Source: a virus. Taken from it: DNA of 64,000 bases. Shown piece after piece: positions 58,181-64,000 of the stretch (positions are counted from its first letter, which is position 1; the number at the start of each line of letters is the position of its first letter). The notes under the pieces were generated by a model. The model made no database searches and was not told the origin of the DNA. It saw only the letters and a program-made list of their open reading frames with translations. The position numbers and the translations under genes were made by a program. The stretch is from IMG/VR virus record IMGVR_UViG_3300009187_000021, positions 24,947-88,946 of that record; one strand, given 5' to 3'.

Positions 58181-58218
58181 CGTTTTATTATATTATTGTT
58201 TTATTGAGAGAATATAAA

Positions 58219-59049
58219 ATGCCCCGTGGAATTCCCGCTGCTGGTTTTCGTAATACCAAAAACAAACTTAATGCTATCAATACGCAATTGATGCAAATGG
58301 CTGAATCGTCCTTTTCAATCAATGAGCGATTCGGTTTCGTTTCTGATATGGTGACAATGCTCTCAAATGGTCATCAAGCGTCGGTTATTGTATCTGGTCC
58401 TGGTGGACTTGGTAAATCGTTTACTGTAATGGATGCACTCCGCAAGTCTGGATTGCAGGACGTTACTCTATTGGACGAGGCTGATGTTGGTTCCTCAATC
58501 AATACGGCAAAGACCTTCCGTGTTATCAAGGGTTACTCTACTCCTAAAGGTCTGTATCGTATCCTTTACGAGAACCGTAATTCGGTTATTGTTTTTGATG
58601 ATTGCGATTCGGTTCTTAAAGATCCAGTCTCATTGAACCTTCTTAAAGGTGCTCTCGATTCTTATTCGCGTCGTGTTATCTCTTGGCGCGCTGACTTTAA
58701 AGACGAGGATCTTCCTAATGTCTTTGAATTCAAAGGTCGTGTAGTGTTTATTTCCAATCTGCCATCCCATGCAATGGATCAGGCAGTTATTACTCGCTCA
58801 ATGGCCGTTGATCTTACAATGACCAATGCACAAAAGGTCGAGCGTATGCATCACCTGCTTGAGTTTGCCGATGACTTTTTGCCAGAGTTTGAAATGGAAC
58901 ATAAAGTCGATGCCGTGCTTCTTATTGAGAAATTGGTAGATCGTGTCAAAGAATTGTCGCTTCGGACTCTAATTCAAGTGACCAATATTCGCAAAGCGAA
59001 TCCAAATGGCAATTGGAAGAAATTGGCAGAGTATTGTATCGCAAACTAA
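58219..59049 (+). CDS. AAA+ type P-loop ATPase
   Basis: GPGGLGKS, VIVFDDCD, LLKGALDS, VFISN, SLR; start re-assigned to MPRG. Confidence 0.85.
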   Translation: MPRGIPAAGFRNTKNKLNAINTQLMQMAESSFSINERFGFVSDMVTMLSNGHQASVIVSGPGGLGKSFTVMDALRKSGLQDVTLLDEADVGSSINTAKTFRVIKGYSTPKGLYRILYENRNSVIVFDDCDSVLKDPVSLNLLKGALDSYSRRVISWRADFKDEDLPNVFEFKGRVVFISNLPSHAMDQAVITRSMAVDLTMTNAQKVERMHHLLEFADDFLPEFEMEHKVDAVLLIEKLVDRVKELSLRTLIQVTNIRKANPNGNWKKLAEYCIAN

Positions 59050-59063
59050 TCGGTACCGACGGT

Positions 59064-59167
59064 TGTTGCTGGCATACGACACTTCCGTTGCTTGCCAGCA
59101 ACACGTTGACAACCGACGGAACCAGAGTATAATAGATTCTGTGGTCGAGAAAAACGAAGGAAAAAAC
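59064..59167 (+). promoter_or_regulatory. Early promoter cassette 5 (two palindromes)
   Basis: TGTTGCTGGCATACGACA-CTTC-CGTTGCTTGCCAGCAACA-CG-TTGACA-16-TATAAT-AGATTCTGTGGTCGAGAAAA. Confidence 0.85.
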
Positions 59168-59371
59168 GTGTCGAAAGTAGATTATACTGTGTTCTGTTCC
59201 GATGTTGCGGATGCCTTTGATAGTGGTTGGTCGCCCGAGGATGTTGCATCATTGTTTAAACTTCCATTGAAGGATGTCTTGTCCTTTTATGAGGATTACA
59301 TTGATGCATATATGGTGGCTGTTGCCAATGATCCAGAAGTTGTGTTTGGTTTTGATAATTACCGGGAGTAA
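59168..59371 (+). CDS. Acidic hypothetical protein
   Basis: GTG start after the AAGGA RBS of cassette 5. Confidence 0.65.
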   Translation: MSKVDYTVFCSDVADAFDSGWSPEDVASLFKLPLKDVLSFYEDYIDAYMVAVANDPEVVFGFDNYRE

Positions 59372-59377
59372 TTGAGA

Positions 59378-59593
59378 ATGTTTGCGAAAACTGAAATTGA
59401 TCTTTTGATTGAAGTCGTGGTTAAACGTGAAAAGGCTAAAGGTTATTCCGATACCGAAGCTCGTATTTTTGCGTTGGGTTACTTGTCTTCTTTTTGTCAA
59501 AAGCACTTTATTGATGCTGCACCGAAAGCAAGACAAAAACACATCCGAATGGATGTCCTTGAGCGTATTGCTTGTGTCGCAGGAGACCTATAA
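59378..59593 (+). CDS. Hypothetical protein
   Basis: GGAG RBS; FALGYLSS motif. Confidence 0.65.
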   Translation: MFAKTEIDLLIEVVVKREKAKGYSDTEARIFALGYLSSFCQKHFIDAAPKARQKHIRMDVLERIACVAGDL

Positions 59594-59742
59594 TGATTGA
59601 TGATACTAAACAAAAATTGATTGACCGTGTTATTGGTCAAATCGAATTGGATTTAGAAAATCGTGATGTAACGGCAATTATTGAATTGTTGGATAAATTG
59701 TCTGTTTCTGTATTAGAATCCTATCTTCCTGAGGTTGAATAA
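59593..59742 (+). CDS. 49-aa hypothetical protein
   Basis: Hand-translated MIDDTKQKLIDRVIGQIELD...YLPEVE; AGGAG RBS. Confidence 0.65.
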   Translation: MIDDTKQKLIDRVIGQIELDLENRDVTAIIELLDKLSVSVLESYLPEVE

Positions 59743-59744
59743 TA

Positions 59745-60164
59745 ATGGCTACTCGCTCTGCAATTGCAATTGAAACTGGTCTGCCTGAAATGGGCCCATG
59801 CGTTATCCATGCCGTATATTGTCATTGGGATGGGTATGTTGAAAACAATGGTGCATTGCTTCTAAAGTATTTCGATTCTTTGCCTTCGGCGGTTGAATTG
59901 ATCAAGGGTGGTTCCATTTCATCCCTTGGTGAAGGTACTGATAATACTAAATTCTATTGCCGCGATATGGATCGTGAAATGGAACCCGCATCCGAATATG
60001 GGACTAGGGAAGAGTTTATTGAGGACTCTAATGGTCTTGAATATCTTTATATTCTAAATCAGAATGACGTTTGGGAAGTATTCAATATGAATAAACCATG
60101 GCGTGGATGGCAACCAGTCAAAGATGCATTGGAGTATGCATTGAAGTTTGCAAAGGCAGCGTAA
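59745..60164 (+). CDS. Conserved phage hypothetical protein (YCHWDGY family)
   Basis: M.TRS.I...VYCHWDGY...G..L...G.ISSL...EY.Y. Confidence 0.8.
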   Translation: MATRSAIAIETGLPEMGPCVIHAVYCHWDGYVENNGALLLKYFDSLPSAVELIKGGSISSLGEGTDNTKFYCRDMDREMEPASEYGTREEFIEDSNGLEYLYILNQNDVWEVFNMNKPWRGWQPVKDALEYALKFAKAA

Positions 60165-60359
60165 ATGCTGACGCAATCCGAGATTAATGCATTGATTGAA
60201 TTCGGTAATGCACCTCGCATGGTCCAAATGCAGGTGCTTTTAAATGCTGTATTGAATCCTGCCGTATCCCATGAGTTGGTGGCATATTACCGAGAGGCGA
60301 TGGAAATGTCAAGTGTTGCGTCGGAACAACAATCTGTTGCACAGGAACAACAGGGTTGA
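60165..60359 (+). CDS. Hypothetical protein (3' end runs through cassette 6)
   Basis: Abuts the upstream stop codon. Confidence 0.5.
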   Translation: MLTQSEINALIEFGNAPRMVQMQVLLNAVLNPAVSHELVAYYREAMEMSSVASEQQSVAQEQQG

Positions 60360-60418
60360 CCTCCGGACGGACCAGTGTATAATTGATTCTGAAGTCGAGA
60401 AAACACAAGGAAACGAAA
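60314..60418 (+). promoter_or_regulatory. Early promoter cassette 6 (two palindromes)
   Basis: TGTTGCGTCGGAACAACA-ATC-TGTTGCACAGGAACAACA-GGG-TTGACC-16-TATAAT-TGATTCTGAAGTCGAGAAAA. Confidence 0.85.
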
Positions 60419-60826
60419 ATGACACAAGCCAATCAAACCACCGCTGCGACCGAATACAAGTACACCCCATGGGATGAATTGTCCCGCCGTGACCAATTGG
60501 CCTGTATCTATTCGGATGCATATAAGGATGCATATAATTTCCGTCCTCGTGGTGTGGATACGTCCAATTGGACTGAGGCAATGTTTGAGTCTGAATTGGC
60601 TTATTTGCAAACCGTTATTGAGCGGAATGAGAATGTTCGCCTTGAGGATGAGGCATTGGCCGCAATTCGGTTGGAAGAAACCATCGATAAAATGATGGAA
60701 TCCGGTTGTCGTAATCGTGAAATGGCAATTCGTTGGTTGCATGATATCTATGAAACCCATGGTGATACCGAATACCTTGAGTATAATCTCGGTGTCAATT
60801 ATGGTTATTTTTCTGGTAAAAAGTAA
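60419..60826 (+). CDS. Conserved phage hypothetical protein
   Basis: YSDAYKDAYNFRPRG motif; start re-assigned to MTQAN. Confidence 0.8.
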   Translation: MTQANQTTAATEYKYTPWDELSRRDQLACIYSDAYKDAYNFRPRGVDTSNWTEAMFESELAYLQTVIERNENVRLEDEALAAIRLEETIDKMMESGCRNREMAIRWLHDIYETHGDTEYLEYNLGVNYGYFSGKK

Positions 60827-60984
60827 TGAGTTTTTATATTAATTGTGCCGAATGCCAGAACCGGCATTTGGTTGATGAAGTCGAATTCGTTGATGTCGAA
60901 GAGGATTACATTGGTCGGGACATTATGCATTTTGTATGTCCTGAAACTAAAATGTATTCCAAATCATTGGTGTATAAAGAATGA
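60826..60984 (+). CDS. 52-aa CxxC hypothetical protein
   Basis: Hand-translated MSFYINCAEC...VEEDYIGRDIMHFVCP. Confidence 0.65.
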   Translation: MSFYINCAECQNRHLVDEVEFVDVEEDYIGRDIMHFVCPETKMYSKSLVYKE

Positions 60985-61154
60985 ACGAACGAATTAAAGA
61001 ACTTGCCGAACAAGTATATGGTTCAGCACACTATGATGATTTCAAGTTTGCCGAGTTGATTGTAAATGAATGTTGCCGAATGATGGTAGATTTGGAAATT
61101 CAATACCCTGCCAATCTTACGGTACTGGAGATTAAAAAGCATTTTGGAGTATAA
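60981..61154 (+). CDS. 57-aa hypothetical protein, MNERIK family
   Basis: Hand-translated MNERIKELAEQ...KFAELIVNEC...IKKHFGV. Confidence 0.7.
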   Translation: MNERIKELAEQVYGSAHYDDFKFAELIVNECCRMMVDLEIQYPANLTVLEIKKHFGV

Positions 61155-61157
61155 TAT

Positions 61158-61352
61158 ATGAAAGTATGGGTTGATCCACCTAGTGGATGGCGATATGGAT
61201 TCCCTAAAGTATGGGATCAAGCATTGAATTCGGATTTTAATGCATGGCTTATTGCAGAAGGTTATCCGTGGAATGTAAAAGAATCTTATGGACAATATTT
61301 TTATTGCAGGCAATGGCCAGTAGAAGATGATAATCAATTATTGAATGGATGA
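61158..61352 (+). CDS. Conserved phage hypothetical protein
   Basis: VDPPSGWRYGFPK...WLI..GYP. Confidence 0.75.
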   Translation: MKVWVDPPSGWRYGFPKVWDQALNSDFNAWLIAEGYPWNVKESYGQYFYCRQWPVEDDNQLLNG

Positions 61353-61358
61353 CAATAC

Positions 61359-61438
61359 TGTTGTTTTTATACAACGTATTGACTTTCCACCGGACCAGCG
61401 TATAATGGATTCTGTGGTCGAGAAAAACAGAGGATTTT
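61359..61438 (+). promoter_or_regulatory. Early promoter cassette 7 (single palindrome)
   Basis: TGTTGTTTTTATACAACG-TA-TTGACT-16-TATAAT-GGATTCTGTGGTCGAGAAAA. Confidence 0.85.
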
Positions 61439-61672
61439 ATGATTGAATACGTTTTGATTGATAAAGAGATGGTCAATTACCATTTTTCTAAAAAAGAATT
61501 GCTTGATATTGCAAAATACCATGACGATTGGGCTTTTGGTCCACGCCATGCCTATGCATATTATATCGGTCGCAATCCCGAGGATACTGCCGATTTGAAT
61601 ACCTCCGATGTCGAGGATTTCATCATCCAATTCTATACCCAATTCAATGCCGAGTTTGGATTGACCTATTGA
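61439..61672 (+). CDS. Hypothetical protein
   Basis: Single ORF bracketed by cassettes 7 and 8; GAGG RBS. Confidence 0.7.
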   Translation: MIEYVLIDKEMVNYHFSKKELLDIAKYHDDWAFGPRHAYAYYIGRNPEDTADLNTSDVEDFIIQFYTQFNAEFGLTY

Positions 61673-61673
61673 T

Positions 61674-61779
61674 TGTTGCGTGAAAACAACGGAGGTGTCT
61701 CATCCATGCAACATCTTGACACCTCCCAGGATCCGAGTAGAATAGATTCTGTGGTCGAGAAAACAACAGGAAATTTGGA
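61674..61779 (+). promoter_or_regulatory. Early promoter cassette 8 (one intact and one degenerate palindrome)
   Basis: TGTTGCGTGAAAACAACG-GAGG-TGTCTCATCCATGCAACA-TC-TTGACA-16-TAGAAT-AGATTCTGTGGTCGAGAAAA. Confidence 0.85.
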
Positions 61780-62538
61780 ATGAAACTGCTAACTGCTCCA
61801 GTCGGTAACCCTAAGGTTGCAAAAGGTCTTGCATCAAACTATGCAACATATATCTTGCACCTTGCACCCGCAAATTTGTCGGGTTATGAGGTTTGTGCTA
61901 AACGAACCATCGGTTGCACCGATGCTTGTTTAAACCTTGCTGGTCGTGGTGGTATGTTTAAACGTGGTGAAACCACCAATGTAATCCAACAGGCACGTAT
62001 CCGCAAGACCAAATTGTTTTTCGAGGATCGTGTTGAGTTTATGCGGTTGTTGGTTGCTGATATTGAATTGGCAATTAAACAGGCGGCCAAGAAAGGTTTT
62101 ACACCTGTGTTCCGTCTTAATGGTACCTCTGATATTGCATGGGAAAAGTATTCGGTGGTTCGCAATGGCGTTGCCTTTATGAATATCTTCCATGCATTCT
62201 CGGATTGCATTTTTTATGATTACACCAAGATTCTTGGTCGTAAGATTCATGCCGCTTCCAATTACAGTCTGACCTTTTCTGCCGCTGATGGCAATGATGC
62301 CGACGTGACCAAAGCAATTGCTCAGGGTTATAATGTTGCGGTTGTTTTCGGTATCAAAAAAGGTACCGCATTCCCTGGTTCATATCTTGGTCGGTCTGTA
62401 TTCAATGGTGATGATTCCGACTTGCGGTTTCTTGATCCTAAGAATGTTATTGTCGGTCTTTATGCCAAGGGTAAGGCAAAGGCTGATACCACCGGTTTTG
62501 TAAAGTACCCAACAATCAATCTTAAACTTGCGGCTTAA
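61780..62538 (+). CDS. Gene product 88-like protein (Cys-cluster, radical-SAM-like)
   Basis: CAKRTIGCTDACL (Cx6Cx3C), RLNGTSDI, FYDYTK, LTFS, GDDSDLRFLD. Confidence 0.8.
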   Translation: MKLLTAPVGNPKVAKGLASNYATYILHLAPANLSGYEVCAKRTIGCTDACLNLAGRGGMFKRGETTNVIQQARIRKTKLFFEDRVEFMRLLVADIELAIKQAAKKGFTPVFRLNGTSDIAWEKYSVVRNGVAFMNIFHAFSDCIFYDYTKILGRKIHAASNYSLTFSAADGNDADVTKAIAQGYNVAVVFGIKKGTAFPGSYLGRSVFNGDDSDLRFLDPKNVIVGLYAKGKAKADTTGFVKYPTINLKLAA

Positions 62539-62550
62539 TAGGAATATATC

Positions 62551-63072
62551 ATGCCAAATTGGAATTCAAACCTTTTAACCGTCACTTCGGATGATCCTGA
62601 ATTGATGGCAAAGATTAAAGATGCAGCCGAGAAATCGGCCGAATCAGATTCGTTTTTTAATTTATTAGTACCTCGTCCTGAATCGGAAGAGGGTGATTGG
62701 TATTCGTGGAACGTCAACAATTGGGGTACCAAATGGGATACCAATGTTAATATCATCGACCAATCCGACAATGAAATTGTATTGTCTTTTGATACTGCGT
62801 GGTCACCACCAATTGGTTTCTATGCTGCATTAGAGGAAATGGGTTTCGAGGTTGATGCATTTTATTATGAACCCGGTATGTGTTTTGCTGGTCGGTACAT
62901 GGATGGTACCGATGATTATTACGAGTATTCAGGAATGAATTCAGAGGAAGTAAAAGAATTGCTTCCAATGGAATTAGATGAATGCTTTTGCATTTCAGAA
63001 TCAATGGCTGATTGGGAAGATGAGAATCAGGAAATAGAATTGGAAGACTATAATACAGAAGAGGAAGGGTGA
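62551..63072 (+). CDS. Api92/YubB-like ferredoxin-fold protein (DUF1281-like)
   Basis: MPNW..N, WY.W...NWGTKWD, FDTAWSPP, YYEPGMCFAG. Confidence 0.85.
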   Translation: MPNWNSNLLTVTSDDPELMAKIKDAAEKSAESDSFFNLLVPRPESEEGDWYSWNVNNWGTKWDTNVNIIDQSDNEIVLSFDTAWSPPIGFYAALEEMGFEVDAFYYEPGMCFAGRYMDGTDDYYEYSGMNSEEVKELLPMELDECFCISESMADWEDENQEIELEDYNTEEEG

Positions 63073-63081
63073 AGCAAGAGG

Positions 63082-63182
63082 TGTTGTGTCAAAACAACAC
63101 CTTTGTTGCTTTCCAGCAACGTATTGACACCTCCCAGGACCAGTGTATAATAGATTCTGTGGTCAAGAAAACAGGAAATTTG
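63082..63182 (+). promoter_or_regulatory. Early promoter cassette 9 (two palindromes)
   Basis: TGTTGTGTCAAAACAACA-CCTT-TGTTGCTTTCCAGCAACG-TA-TTGACA-16-TATAAT-AGATTCTGTGGTCAAGAAAA. Confidence 0.85.
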
Positions 63183-63329
63183 ATGAAATACGTTGTTGTT
63201 GCGGTTGGTTCTTCGGTGTTCGGTGCATACTTCCATGAGACCGTCCTTGCGGTTTCGGCTGAGTCGGTTTCGATGCTCCATTCGATTACCGTATCGCTTG
63301 CGCGGTCGATTGTTTCGGTCCTGTCTTAA
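63183..63329 (+). CDS. 48-aa hydrophobic peptide
   Basis: First ORF after cassette 9; AGGA RBS. Confidence 0.55.
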   Translation: MKYVVVAVGSSVFGAYFHETVLAVSAESVSMLHSITVSLARSIVSVLS

Positions 63330-63345
63330 TTCTAGGGTTAATATC

Positions 63346-63591
63346 ATGCTTTGTAGTAATAAAGTGGTTTTTGCTAAGGTTGTTATGCTTCGTGAGGCAT
63401 ATGGTTCAATTGAGCGAATTGATCCTTCCAATGAAGGATACAAAGCGTTGGTCCAGTTCCTTAATCGCCAATCGATGGATACGTTGGTAGAATTAGAACG
63501 TGCCAAGATTAAATGGGTTTCTGGTCTTGCCCGGAATCGCATTAACCGCATGAATTTTGCTCTGAAAAACCTCTCCGAAATGCCTGCTTAA
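63346..63591 (+). CDS. Hypothetical protein
   Basis: Start re-assigned to MLCSN; IKWVS.LA.N motif. Confidence 0.7.
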   Translation: MLCSNKVVFAKVVMLREAYGSIERIDPSNEGYKALVQFLNRQSMDTLVELERAKIKWVSGLARNRINRMNFALKNLSEMPA

Positions 63592-63603
63592 TTGGTGATT
63601 ATA

Positions 63604-63741
63604 ATGGATGATTTTGATTATTTTCCGTTTGTTTCTGGTGGTGATTTGGAAGCGAGTGATGCATGGTTTGAAAATGGTTGTCCTATTGACGATATAGACA
63701 ATGACGATTGGTACGATGACCAATATGAGATTGGAGAGTAA
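63604..63741 (+). CDS. 45-aa very acidic peptide
   Basis: Hand-translated MDDFDYFPFVSGGDLEASDAWFENGCPIDDIDNDDWYDDQYEIGE. Confidence 0.6.
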   Translation: MDDFDYFPFVSGGDLEASDAWFENGCPIDDIDNDDWYDDQYEIGE

Positions 63742-63745
63742 TGCA

Positions 63746-63916
63746 ATGGATTTTTTGATTCGTGCTCAACGGTATACTGAAGCGCGTGGTGATGATAATT
63801 TCTTTTGTCATTATTATGTTATGTACCGTGAACATTTTTCTGTAAGGGAAAGCGTACGGAAAACAATTGCGTGGTTGTATGATGATGATGTTGCCGACTT
63901 GTTGGAGTTTCAATAA
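63746..63916 (+). CDS. Hypothetical protein
   Basis: GGAG RBS; start MDFLIR. Confidence 0.6.
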   Translation: MDFLIRAQRYTEARGDDNFFCHYYVMYREHFSVRESVRKTIAWLYDDDVADLLEFQ

Positions 63917-64000
63917 TGGATAAAGTGATTCGTGATGGTAAAGTGGCGGTATTGTATTCGCCTGGATATGGTGCTGGTTGGTATACTTGGCATGATGAAG
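63916..64000 (+). CDS. Conserved phage hypothetical protein (truncated by the window end)
   Basis: MDKVIRDGKVAVLYSPGYGAGWYTW. Confidence 0.75.
   Translation, partial: MDKVIRDGKVAVLYSPGYGAGWYTWHDE

Noticed and set aside
53231-63182. Repeated TGTTG...CAACA elements as a CRISPR array or transposon ends
   Set aside because: Copies are 0.3-3 kb apart with genes between them, are degenerate and always abut -35/-10 boxes; no cas operon or transposase. The Cas4-like nuclease is a routine T4-like phage gene.

Overview
This is a 64-kb segment of an AT-rich T4-like myovirus (Tevenvirinae-like gene set, probably an uncultured aquatic phage of a proteobacterial host; the host is inferred). About 1-40 kb is the late virion module. 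It includes a >2000-aa Ig-repeat fibre that runs off the window start and is missing from the ORF track, other fibre proteins, a DUF4815/VrlC-like protein split into three genes (one ending in a Hint domain), gp8, gp7, gp6, gp25, a split gp5, a gp27-like hub, gp53, gp48, gp4, gp2, gp54, gp26/gp51 and two paralogous tape-measure-like genes. About 40-53 kb (minus strand) holds gp32, gp59, gp33, a 2OG-Fe(II) oxygenase, a SleB-like hydrolase, a circularly permuted two-piece tmRNA gene, an FN3 protein, an exonuclease, PhoH, MazG-like and DenV-like genes, small ORFs and a MoxR/CobS-like AAA ATPase. About 53-64 kb is an early hyperplastic region of small ORFs punctuated by nine copies of a promoter cassette: one or two TGTTG-N8-CAACA palindromes, then TTGACN, a 16-bp spacer (17 bp in one copy), TAKAAT and a conserved leader. 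The strongest candidates for novelty are the palindrome-gated promoter cassette family, the permuted phage tmRNA, the split DUF4815 protein with a GGG|C...HN Hint domain at the split junction, and a probable -1 frameshift joining gp26 to gp51. All protein calls come from motif and synteny recognition by eye; no database searches were run.
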